Positions 36,370 through 44,632 of a stretch of 64,000 bases of DNA are shown piece after piece (position 1 is the first letter of the stretch; each line of letters begins with the position of its first letter). The position numbers were made by a program, and so were the translations under genes. This stretch comes from Candidatus Eiseniibacteriota bacterium (lineage in GTDB: Bacteria; Eisenbacteria; RBG-16-71-46; SZUA-252). The stretch covers positions 5,900 to 69,899 of the forward strand of contig DASXTQ010000093.1 in NCBI GenBank assembly GCA_036505295.1. The letters are read 5' to 3'. The notes beneath the pieces are model-generated. The model made no database searches, was not told where the DNA came from, and saw only the letters and a list, made by a program, of their open reading frames with translations.

Positions 36370-38522
36370 TCGAAAGGCTCCGGCGACTCGCGCGCGGGCG
36401 CGCGATCCTCCTCATCGGGCTCTTCTCGGTCGCGTATCTCTGCTTCCAGATCGGCCGGCTGCTTCGCACCGAACGCCTCATCACCGGGAGCGAGCTCTCG
36501 CTGCCGCTCGACGACAGCTTCATCTATCTCCAGTACGCGCGGGCCATCGCGGAAGGTCACCCCTTCGTGTACGCGGCGGGAAACGCGCCGACGACGGGAG
36601 CGACGAGCCTTCTCTGGCCGTTCCTCCTGGCGCCGCCGCATTGGCTGCACCTGGGACCGATGCTGGCGATCGCCTGGGCGCTCGCACTCGGGGCGGTCGC
36701 GCTCCTCGTGAGCGCGCTGCTCATGGCTCGCCTCGGGCGCTTGCTTGCGGGAACGCTCGGCATGCTGCTCGCGGTCGTGCTCTTCTTGGGAAACCCCCAT
36801 CTCCTGTGGGGCTACATGAGCGGAATGGAGATCGGTCTCTACGCCACCGTCCTTCTGGGGACCCTGGTGCTCTACCTGAACGAGCGTGAAGGGGGAACGT
36901 TCCCGCGGCTTCGCTGGTGCCTCTTCCTTCTCGCCGCGTCGCGGCCGGAGGGGGCGGTCCTGAGCGGCGTGCTCGGCCTCGTGATGGCGCACGACCGGTG
37001 GCGAGCCTCCCGGGCGGATCACGGCCCGCGCTTCTGGAGCGCCGCGCTTCTCATGCCTTTCGCGGCCGCCGCGCTTCCCTTCCTCGTCAACCTCGCCGTC
37101 TCCGGCTCGATCGAATCCACCAGCTCCCAGGCGAAGTCGATCCTCGCCGAGCCGCACCCCGACGTCCGTCGCAAGTTCCTGACCGATTCTCCCAAGGTGT
37201 GGCTCTCGATCGTGATGGGATACCTCTCCTGGCTCCAGCTCGATGGAGAGGGGAACTTGATTCAGCGCTACTGGATTCCGAGCGCTGCCGCGCTTGCCCT
37301 GTTCGCCGCGTTCTCGTTCCTGCCGCGCCACCGTCCCTGGTCCGATGGGCGCGCGCTCCTTCTGCTCTTTCCCGCCGCCGTCGTCGTCGACTCGCTCCCG
37401 GTCGTGTGGGCGGTGCATCTCTACCGCTACCAGCAAGGTTTCTATCCGATCCTCCTGGCCTGCTTCGCGACCGGGCTCGCCCGCGCGGGGACGCTCGCGT
37501 GGGGACGCCTCCCGCGCGCCGTCGGGGCGCCTCTGGCGGCGTTCATCGTCGTAGCGCCCCTGGCTGCGTGGTCGCCGACCGCCACGGAGGTGTACGACAG
37601 GGTCATCCTGTTCTACGGACACAATTGCGAGAACATCCTCCACCAGCAGGTGAAGGTCGGACGCTGGATCGAGCAAAACCTGCCCCGGAACGCGGTCGTG
37701 GGCATGAACGACGCGGGCGCGATCGCGTACTACGGGAACCGGCAGACCTTGGACTTGCTAGGGCTGACGACCGAGGGCTTCGCCAAGGTCTATCGCGCGG
37801 GAATCGGATGCATGTTCGAGAAGCTGAGACGGCTTCCTCCACGAAAGCTACCGACCTATTTCGCGATCTATCCGGAGTGGTTTCCCTACCTGCAATCGAG
37901 CGGGGTCCTGGGGCCGGAGATCTTCCGCGCGCACCTGGGGGCCAACACGATTTGCGGAGGAGAGAACAAGGTCGTCTATCCCGCCCAGTGGATCGACGTC
38001 GTTCCCGCCGACTCGATGATTCTCCCGCATCCGGAAATTGAGGGCATGAAGCTTCGTGATTCCTTCGACCTGGCGTGGCTCGAGGACGAACGGCGTCACG
38101 ACTGGAAGGCGTACGGGTACGAGTACGATGAGAAGCGATCGCGATGGAAGAGGAACGCCAGCGTGCTCCCTCGCGACGTCCTCCGGCAATACGTCTACGC
38201 CGACCGTCCCACGCGGCCGATCGCGGACGCGGGAAGGAAAGTCTTCGGCTGGGAGCGATTCCGCGTGAAGGCCGAGCCCGGAAAGGACCTCACGCTCGTG
38301 ATGCGGACCGACGCCTGGTACCCGAACCGCCTCACGGTGAGCGTGGACGGGTCGGCGGCCGGCGCGTGGACGATCGCCCGATCGGAGACGGTATGGGTCG
38401 AGCCCGCGTTCAAGATCCCGGGTAGGCTGGTCGCGGGGGCGCGGCCCGAGATCGAGATCCGGCGCGAGGACCCGCAAGACGGTGGGGATTACGCGCCGTT
38501 TCACTACTGGATCTTCCAGTAG
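36366..38522 (+). CDS. Large polytopic membrane protein with a GT-C-like first loop (LPLDDSFIYLQYA) and a ~300-aa C-terminal soluble domain
   Basis: 718-aa ORF. Its GTG start overlaps the upstream stop (GTGA). It has roughly 11-13 hydrophobic segments. An acidic DD motif follows TM1, as in GT-C glycosyltransferases. I recognise nothing in the C-terminal beta-rich domain. Confidence 0.55.
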   Translation: MIERLRRLARGRAILLIGLFSVAYLCFQIGRLLRTERLITGSELSLPLDDSFIYLQYARAIAEGHPFVYAAGNAPTTGATSLLWPFLLAPPHWLHLGPMLAIAWALALGAVALLVSALLMARLGRLLAGTLGMLLAVVLFLGNPHLLWGYMSGMEIGLYATVLLGTLVLYLNEREGGTFPRLRWCLFLLAASRPEGAVLSGVLGLVMAHDRWRASRADHGPRFWSAALLMPFAAAALPFLVNLAVSGSIESTSSQAKSILAEPHPDVRRKFLTDSPKVWLSIVMGYLSWLQLDGEGNLIQRYWIPSAAALALFAAFSFLPRHRPWSDGRALLLLFPAAVVVDSLPVVWAVHLYRYQQGFYPILLACFATGLARAGTLAWGRLPRAVGAPLAAFIVVAPLAAWSPTATEVYDRVILFYGHNCENILHQQVKVGRWIEQNLPRNAVVGMNDAGAIAYYGNRQTLDLLGLTTEGFAKVYRAGIGCMFEKLRRLPPRKLPTYFAIYPEWFPYLQSSGVLGPEIFRAHLGANTICGGENKVVYPAQWIDVVPADSMILPHPEIEGMKLRDSFDLAWLEDERRHDWKAYGYEYDEKRSRWKRNASVLPRDVLRQYVYADRPTRPIADAGRKVFGWERFRVKAEPGKDLTLVMRTDAWYPNRLTVSVDGSAAGAWTIARSETVWVEPAFKIPGRLVAGARPEIEIRREDPQDGGDYAPFHYWIFQ

Positions 38523-38598
38523 GCCCGCACTGAAAACGAAAGCGCGGGATAGGCGTGCCACCCACCCCGCGCGAGGAGCCCCTCGACGTGGGCTCGGC

Positions 38599-39915
38599 TT
38601 ATTGGTCGATCCAGGAAGAGATCTCGTAGCGCGTCAGCGAATAGAGCTGGTTGATCATGGCGCTCGAGTAGATAACCTTCACGTTGCCGTTCACGTTCGA
38701 GGACCCGCTGACCGTGCCCTGGACCATGACGCCGCCCACGATCTGTTTGGCGTTGCCGCCTCCCACGATGTCCAGGTCCCCGAGAACGATCACGATCCCG
38801 TTGTAGTTGAACGTCCCGCCCAGCTGGAAATTCCCGTCGATCACCAACACGCCCGCCCCTGTGCTCGTGCCGGACACGTCGAGATCGCCCGCAATGTGGA
38901 CGACCTTGAGGTCGTCCACCGTGCCCCACTCGTCCGTGGGCGGATTGTTTTGATTGCCGACATAGGTCACGTCCGCGATTTGGGTCCACCCTGCCGCAAT
39001 CGCTGCGATGTCCAGATTCAATGGGGAGGTCTGGACACTGGGCTCCCCGCCTGACCCAAGGACGTTATCCTCCTGCCCGCTGGTCAGGCTCCCAGCAATC
39101 GGGCCCGCATTGTTGGGGGATGAGATCCCGGGGACCGGCGTCGCACCGGAGATCGTGTCGTACGGCGCGGTGAAGTCGTGGTCGTGCCCGTCGATGTAGA
39201 ACGAGTTGCCCGCGAAATTCATGTCCCCTTCGGCATAGACCGAGCCCGGCATCGGCGGGAGCGGCCACTTGACCGCCTCTACCGTGACCGTTTTGGATCC
39301 GACGCCCTTTCTGCCGGATGCCGTGATGATCAGCTCCGGAAACCCGCGCACCGTGTTCTCCCGGGGCGGGGTCGTAGGGTTGTTGTCCTGGTCCCCGAAG
39401 AGAAGGATTTGGTTTGCCCCGTTCAGCTTGTACCTCACCTTGGTCCACGGGTAATCGAGCTTGCTGGCCAGCGGGAGGTTCCACTGCATCGAGCCGGTTT
39501 CCGGATAGTGCTCGCTCGACTCGTCCACCGCGGCATTGCCGTTATTGTCCAGCCCGTCACTCGCCGTAGCGTTGTACTGCGGATCGAGCCCCGAGTTGCC
39601 GGGATCATTGATGATGTACCTGCCCCATCCGGGGTTCGCACCAGGGGGATCCTCTCCGATGTAGGTCGGGAGACCCGCCTTCGGATTTGACGCGCGCAGG
39701 AGCGATTCGCTGATTCCCGCCTCCGCGTGCTCGAACGCCTGGGCCGCCGTCATCTGGTTGCCGGCGATCTGCTTGTCGCCCTTCGTGATCGCGACGTAGG
39801 AGATCCCGAGCGAGGTCATGAGGAAAAGGATCAAAAGCGCGACGACCATCGCGTTGCCCGCGTCGGGCCGCGCGATTCTCGCGATACTCTGATGATTCCG
39901 TACCATGGTGTTCAC
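38599..39915 (-). CDS. PilX_N-domain large minor pilin-like protein (paralogue 2)
   Basis: 438-aa ORF. The N-terminal GNAMVVALLILFLMTSLGISYVAITKGDKQIAGNQMTAAQAFEHAEAG is PilX_N-like. The C-terminus is repetitive and beta-helix-like. Confidence 0.7.
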   Translation of the reverse strand: MNTMVRNHQSIARIARPDAGNAMVVALLILFLMTSLGISYVAITKGDKQIAGNQMTAAQAFEHAEAGISESLLRASNPKAGLPTYIGEDPPGANPGWGRYIINDPGNSGLDPQYNATASDGLDNNGNAAVDESSEHYPETGSMQWNLPLASKLDYPWTKVRYKLNGANQILLFGDQDNNPTTPPRENTVRGFPELIITASGRKGVGSKTVTVEAVKWPLPPMPGSVYAEGDMNFAGNSFYIDGHDHDFTAPYDTISGATPVPGISSPNNAGPIAGSLTSGQEDNVLGSGGEPSVQTSPLNLDIAAIAAGWTQIADVTYVGNQNNPPTDEWGTVDDLKVVHIAGDLDVSGTSTGAGVLVIDGNFQLGGTFNYNGIVIVLGDLDIVGGGNAKQIVGGVMVQGTVSGSSNVNGNVKVIYSSAMINQLYSLTRYEISSWIDQ

Positions 39916-39940
39916 CCCTTCGGTGCCCCCATCCCTGGGG

Positions 39941-41254
39941 TTAGCGCTCCCGCCACCATGCGAGAGTGTATTTGGCCAGCGTCTGCGCCGCGTTGATGGC
40001 CTCGGTCGAGTAGTAAACGTTCGCCGCGCCCCCGATGCTCCCGCCGCCGACCATGGTACCCTGGTAAATGAGTCCGCCGGCGATGTGTGGGGTGTCGGCG
40101 ATGCCAGCGCCGGCGATCGACACGTCCCCCAGCACGACCACGATGCCCGTGTAGGCTGAATTGCCCCCCATGCTCAGGTTCCCATTCACGATCAGGATCC
40201 CGCCGCCGCTCCACGTTCCCTGAACGGAAAGGTTACCGTTGACCGCGGTGACCTTGGGATTGGTAAGGGATCCGTACGAGGGGGTCGCGCTGGTGAACGA
40301 CTGGGCGCCGCTGAACGAGTAGTCCGTCATGGCGGAGAGGTGGCTCCAGAGGGCGTTGAAATCGTATGTGTATGTCGACTGCTGAATGCTGGCGTCGCCG
40401 CCTGCGCCCGAGACGTTGTCGTCCTGGGGCCCCGTCAACGTAACGTCCGACGTCAGCCCCTCGGTCAAGACGCCGGGCGTGGACGTCGCGCCGGCGATCG
40501 TGTCATAGGGAGCGCTCGCCGTGTGGTCGTGCCCATCCACGAAGAAGGCGTTTCCGTTGAACGAGAGCTTGTCACCGGTCCAGATGGCGCTCTCCACGTT
40601 CACGAGCGGGAAGCGCACGGCCTCGGCCTCGAGGGTCTTGTCCGCGTTCCCGTTCCGTCCGCGCGCGGTAATGCGCAACACGGGGCCGCCCTTCGCGAGA
40701 TTCTCCACAGGGGGCGTGGCCGGATTGTTGTCGGCGTCGCCGAACCGCACCAACGCGCCGCCCTGGGTCTTGTACTCGACACGGACGTAAGGGTACCGGA
40801 GCGCGCTCGCGTTCACGGTCTGCTTGGTCAGCACTTCCGGATATCGCTCGTTCGGCTCGTCGACGACCGTGTTCTCATTGTTGTCCATGCCGTCGCTCTC
40901 GAGAGCCGGACCGTCCGGATCGAGCGCGCTCCGCCCTGTCGCGATCACGATGTACCGGCCCCAGCCGGCGACCGGAAGGCCCGCGGGGCCGATGTAGTTC
41001 AGGGACTCGGCCGGATACGCCATCCGGTGGATGCCCTCGGTGATGCCCGCCTCAGCCGCATAGAGCGCCTGGGTCGCGGTCATCTGGTTGCCGGCGATCT
41101 GCTTCTCGGACTTCGTCACCGCGACGTAGGCCACGCCCGCCGACGTGAGCACGAGGAGAACCAGGAGCGCGACGACCATCGCGTTCCCCGACTCCCGGTG
41201 GGTTTCTATCCCTGGCCCCGCGGGGCCTTTGGCCCCGCCTCTCACGATCCGCAT
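39941..41254 (-). CDS. PilX_N-domain large minor pilin-like protein (paralogue 1)
   Basis: 437-aa ORF. GNAMVVALLVLLVLTSAGVAYVAVTKSEKQIAGNQMTATQALYAAEAG is collinear with the downstream paralogue. Confidence 0.7.
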   Translation of the reverse strand: MRIVRGGAKGPAGPGIETHRESGNAMVVALLVLLVLTSAGVAYVAVTKSEKQIAGNQMTATQALYAAEAGITEGIHRMAYPAESLNYIGPAGLPVAGWGRYIVIATGRSALDPDGPALESDGMDNNENTVVDEPNERYPEVLTKQTVNASALRYPYVRVEYKTQGGALVRFGDADNNPATPPVENLAKGGPVLRITARGRNGNADKTLEAEAVRFPLVNVESAIWTGDKLSFNGNAFFVDGHDHTASAPYDTIAGATSTPGVLTEGLTSDVTLTGPQDDNVSGAGGDASIQQSTYTYDFNALWSHLSAMTDYSFSGAQSFTSATPSYGSLTNPKVTAVNGNLSVQGTWSGGGILIVNGNLSMGGNSAYTGIVVVLGDVSIAGAGIADTPHIAGGLIYQGTMVGGGSIGGAANVYYSTEAINAAQTLAKYTLAWWRER

Positions 41255-41274
41255 GGCGTTCCTCTCCTTTGTCG

Positions 41275-43506
41275 TTATGGAAAAACCGTCGAAGAATACG
41301 GATTCAGATAGATCACGATGTCTCCGGTACTCGTTCCCGTGGACGTGCCGGCCACGATGTCGGGCACGGGATCGTCACCGAGGCGGTCCTGCGAGCATTC
41401 GAGCCGGCCGATGGACAGCGCGTTCACGGCGCCGCCCGCGTTGGCGTCGGACCAGCTCTGGACGGCCGGGATGATGTTGCCGGACGCGGCCGACGGGTCG
41501 CAGAAGAAGGCCTGAACCGCCGGCGGCGTGCCGCCTCCGGCTCCGGCGGTGCCGACCACGATGTCGTTGTTCGTGCTGGCGTAGACGAGCGGTCCGAGCG
41601 CGAGCGCGGTCGCGGGGCCCAGCGTCGCGATCTCGTCCTGCTTGGTGAGCGCGCCCGCCATGGTTCCGTTGTTGTGCCAGAACTCGACCTTGCCGGTGCT
41701 CGCGCCGTTTTTCACCGCGACCACGACGTCCGGACTGCTGTCGGCGTCCATCAGGGCGGTGCCGATGCCGTAGACCGAGCCGCCGACCGCGGTGCTGTAC
41801 ACGGTCGTGAAGCGCGGGGTAATGGGGGCGTTATTGTTGAAGAAGATGTCGGCGCTCCCTTGTTTGTCATTGGCGTCGTTATCGGTCTTGGTCCCTACCA
41901 CGATATCGAGATAGCCGTCGCCGTTCATGTCGGCAACGGAGACGCTCCGGCACTCGCCGCTCGCGGTGTAGACGTCCAGCACGCTCGAGTGGATATAGAC
42001 GCCCGTGGCGCTTCCCCACCAGACCTCCACTTTGCCGTTTCGGGCCGAGGTCCTGGTTCCGAGCACGACGTCCGGATGGCCGTCCTTATTGAGATCACCG
42101 AGGGCGACGCCCTTCACTTCGCCGGTGCCCGGGTTGTCGTAGTAGCTCCCATTCGGCGTCGTCGGGTCCCCTACCGCACCGATCTTGCCGGGCGTGTCGC
42201 CGACGCCGCCGAAGGCCTGGTTCTGCCACACCTGGAACCGGCCCGTGCCCGTGCCGCTGATGAGGCCGGCCACCACGTCGTTCGCCGCTGCGATCGAGTT
42301 GTCGACGTTGCCCGCCGCGAGCGCCGCCACGTCATAGGAGGCGTTGCCCATATAGCTCTGAGTGGCCTGGTAGTAGCGATTGCTGTATTTGCCAGGCTGC
42401 CCATTCCACCAGACGCGGATGTTGGCCACGCCGCTCGCCTTGGTGCCGACCACGATGTCGAGGTCATGCTGGCCGTTCACCGTGGTGAGGGAGCCTTCCT
42501 GCGAGTCGTTCTCGTTCAGATCCGTGACCACCATCGAGAGCACGCGGTCGGTGGCGAGATGGATCGGCGGCTGGCTAGGCGGAAGGCCCGTGCCCGTGCC
42601 GGTGCCCGTGCCGGTGCCGGTGCCCGTGGCCGTACCGGTGCCGGTGCCTGTGCCTGTGGCGGTGCCCGTGCCCGTCCCGGTCCCCGTCGCGCCCGTGTTC
42701 GCGGCGTAGGCTGCGTTGGCCTCCGCAAGGAACGGGAAGTTGCGCGGCTCGACGGAGGTCGCCACCTGCACCCGGTCATAGGATCCGCTGTTGATGTTCT
42801 TCTGCTTGGTCTCGGTAACCATGTTCACGACGACGGTCTTCACCTGACTCTTCACTCCCGGCGCAGGCGGCTTGCCCAGATCGGCGTTGCTCACGGTCTT
42901 CCCGAAGAAGACTCCAGATGGATCGTCCGACGTGCCCGCCTTCAGCTCGAGGGCCGTGGCGGCCGCGTTCCGATAGGAGAAGAGCGGAACGTCCTTGGCC
43001 GTGACGGCGTCGGCGGTGCGCTGCGTGAGACCGTAGGCCACGATCTCGCCTGTCCCGGCGGTGGGTGTCGCGAGCGAGTCGCCCGAGGTGCCGACCTTGC
43101 GCCGCAGGACGAAGTCATAGGGATTCGGGCTCGAGGCGACGATCGGGTCGCTCACGTTCGGGTCGAGGAAGTAGGTGATCACTTCGCCCATGTCGATCTT
43201 GCGGTTCCCGTTCAAATCGAGGGCGAAGGTGACCCGGTACTGCGATCCGGTGACGATGGCAGGTTGCACGGCAGGGTCCACGCCGTAGCCGGCAGACCGC
43301 AGCTCGCGCGCGATGAGATCGACGCCGCTCCGAGCGTTCTGGGTCGCCTCGGCGAGCTCGATCCCCACCTGCTGGGATTTCTCTCCGCGGACGTAGATCG
43401 AGTAGATCGAGCCGATCACGACCGCGAAGATAACCAAGGCCACCATCATTTCCACCAGCGTGAAGCCTGAGCTGCGTGCCACTCGTTCGCTATTCACGGT
43501 TTCCAC
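41275..43506 (-). CDS. Prepilin-type minor pilin (PilW-like N-domain) fused through a (Thr-Gly)n linker to a seven-repeat FG-GAP/VCBS propeller
   Basis: 743-aa ORF. Class III signal SSG|FTLVEMMVALVIFAVVIGSIY. PilW-like region to about residue 270. A 37-aa TG linker. Then repeats such as DLDIVVGT, GDLNKDGHPDVVLGT, ADMNGDGYLDIVVGT, DADSSPDVVVA, NNDIVVGT and VPDIVAGT. Confidence 0.8.
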   Translation of the reverse strand: METVNSERVARSSGFTLVEMMVALVIFAVVIGSIYSIYVRGEKSQQVGIELAEATQNARSGVDLIARELRSAGYGVDPAVQPAIVTGSQYRVTFALDLNGNRKIDMGEVITYFLDPNVSDPIVASSPNPYDFVLRRKVGTSGDSLATPTAGTGEIVAYGLTQRTADAVTAKDVPLFSYRNAAATALELKAGTSDDPSGVFFGKTVSNADLGKPPAPGVKSQVKTVVVNMVTETKQKNINSGSYDRVQVATSVEPRNFPFLAEANAAYAANTGATGTGTGTGTATGTGTGTGTATGTGTGTGTGTGTGLPPSQPPIHLATDRVLSMVVTDLNENDSQEGSLTTVNGQHDLDIVVGTKASGVANIRVWWNGQPGKYSNRYYQATQSYMGNASYDVAALAAGNVDNSIAAANDVVAGLISGTGTGRFQVWQNQAFGGVGDTPGKIGAVGDPTTPNGSYYDNPGTGEVKGVALGDLNKDGHPDVVLGTRTSARNGKVEVWWGSATGVYIHSSVLDVYTASGECRSVSVADMNGDGYLDIVVGTKTDNDANDKQGSADIFFNNNAPITPRFTTVYSTAVGGSVYGIGTALMDADSSPDVVVAVKNGASTGKVEFWHNNGTMAGALTKQDEIATLGPATALALGPLVYASTNNDIVVGTAGAGGGTPPAVQAFFCDPSAASGNIIPAVQSWSDANAGGAVNALSIGRLECSQDRLGDDPVPDIVAGTSTGTSTGDIVIYLNPYSSTVFP
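42586..42696 (-). repeat. Hexanucleotide (ACNGGN) microsatellite-like tract encoding TGA(TG)4TA(TG)4TA(TG)7
   Basis: The plus strand shows runs of cccgtgcc/ggtgcc units over 111 bp. The translation is TGATGTGTGTGTATGTGTGTGTATGTGTGTGTGTGTG. Confidence 0.9.
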
Positions 43507-43530
43507 CTCGTTTGCGGGCTCCCTGCCCCA

Positions 43531-43935
43531 TCACTGGGTCACGTAGCTGCTCAACTGAGCCGTCTGGGCGCCGTGCGAATCAATCCAGGTCGACGTGACT
43601 TCGATCTTCTTGCACCCGGCCATCGGCACCGAATCGGTCACCGTCCATGTCCGCGTGAACACGGATGTCGTGTCGGTAAAGGTGCCCGCCGTCAGGGCCG
43701 CGAACGGCGTCCCCTTGAGATCTTCCAGCTTCACCTGCGCGGCCATGAGGCCGGAGGTGAGCACGCGGCTCTGGGTGATACCCCGCGTCCCCGCCGGGAT
43801 CATGGCGGCAACCGCCATGATCCCGATCGCGAGGAACGTCAAGGCAAACAGGATTTCGATCAGGCTGAATCCAAGGGTCCGCTCACGATGACGCGTCTCC
43901 ACGATTGCGTTCGATTCCATCACCGCTCCCGTCAT
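43531..43935 (-). CDS. pilV: PilV-like minor pilin
   Basis: 134 aa from MTGAVMESNAIVETRHRERTLG|FSLIEILFALTFLAIGIMAV. Its ATG overlaps the stop of the upstream FimT-like gene (ATGA). Confidence 0.75.
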   Translation of the reverse strand: MTGAVMESNAIVETRHRERTLGFSLIEILFALTFLAIGIMAVAAMIPAGTRGITQSRVLTSGLMAAQVKLEDLKGTPFAALTAGTFTDTTSVFTRTWTVTDSVPMAGCKKIEVTSTWIDSHGAQTAQLSSYVTQ

Positions 43936-44435
43936 TGAATCGTCACCATCCCCGTCGGGCGGATGACCGAGAGGCTCCGTGAATACCCGTCGGAGTTCGT
44001 ATAGATCAGCGTGAACGACTGGCTCGCGCTGCCGTCCGGATTGAACATCGTCCAGAACGATCCCATCGGGTTCGTGGCCGACTGCGTCACGGTAATCCAG
44101 GCCGGCTTCGTCTGCGGCAACCCGAATTTCTCGCCCCAGACGAAGATGAAGTCGTTGTTGTCGTCGTCCCACCATCCGAAGTCCCTCGCGAACCAGTCGT
44201 ACCAGATGCGATACGTGTTGTTCTCGGTTATGGCGCGCTGCCTCGCCACACGCAGCATGGACGCGGTGACCTGCACCTGGTTGTTCAGATCCAAGCTCCG
44301 CATGAATTTGTTGAAACCGGGGAGCGCGACTGCCGTCATGATCCCGAAGATCACGAGAACGACCATCAGCTCTACCAGCGTGAAGCCGGCGTCGTGACGG
44401 CGTCCTATCCCCGTCTTCGCGCGGAAGCCGGACAT
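43932..44435 (-). CDS. fimT: GspH/FimT-family minor pilin
   Basis: MSGFRAKTGIGRRHDAG|FTLVELMVVLVIFGIMTAVALPGFNKFMRSL...MLRVARQRAI. I prefer the ATG at 44435 (AGGAGG 8 nt upstream) over the tracked 44465, which would sit almost on the transcription start. Confidence 0.75.
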   Translation of the reverse strand: MSGFRAKTGIGRRHDAGFTLVELMVVLVIFGIMTAVALPGFNKFMRSLDLNNQVQVTASMLRVARQRAITENNTYRIWYDWFARDFGWWDDDNNDFIFVWGEKFGLPQTKPAWITVTQSATNPMGSFWTMFNPDGSASQSFTLIYTNSDGYSRSLSVIRPTGMVTIQ

Positions 44436-44480
44436 GGCAAGTACCTCCTGACCCGATAGACCCATTCGTATGGCCTAGAA

Positions 44481-44496
44481 CGCAAGGGACATGCCA
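44481..44496 (-). promoter_or_regulatory. Sigma-54 promoter upstream of the minor-pilin operon (TGGCAT-GTCCC-TTGCG)
   Basis: The minus strand reads cTGGCATgtcccTTGCGtt, 45 nt upstream of the ATG at 44435. Confidence 0.7.
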
Positions 44497-44615
44497 GGAC
44501 TCAAGTCGCGCTCCGGTCCCGCGCTACGCCGGCTCAAGCGCTTCCGAGCGTGGCATTCATCAGCCGCATGGCTCGTTTCAGCCAGGTCTGAGGAGGAGTG
44601 GGGTGCGGACTTCTT

Positions 44616-44627
44616 TGCAGATTGCAC
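44616..44627. promoter_or_regulatory. Candidate enhancer (UAS) box TGCAGATTGCAC
   Basis: It lies 119 nt upstream of the sigma-54 -24 element. The same TGCAnATTGCA core occurs at matching distance at the pilA and pilB promoters. Confidence 0.4.
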
Positions 44628-44632
44628 CACCG

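Noticed and set aside
36342-37676. 444-aa minus-strand ORF inside the plus-strand GT-C gene region
   Set aside because: The translation is extremely R/E/G/P-rich. The plus-strand frames give coherent polytopic membrane proteins with coupled start and stop codons, so I keep the plus-strand genes.
38523-38598. Hairpins (CCCGC..GCGGG and GAGCCC..GGGCTC) between the convergent GT-C and PilX-like genes as bidirectional terminators
   Set aside because: The stems are short and no U-tract follows on either strand, so I cannot support a terminator call from sequence alone.
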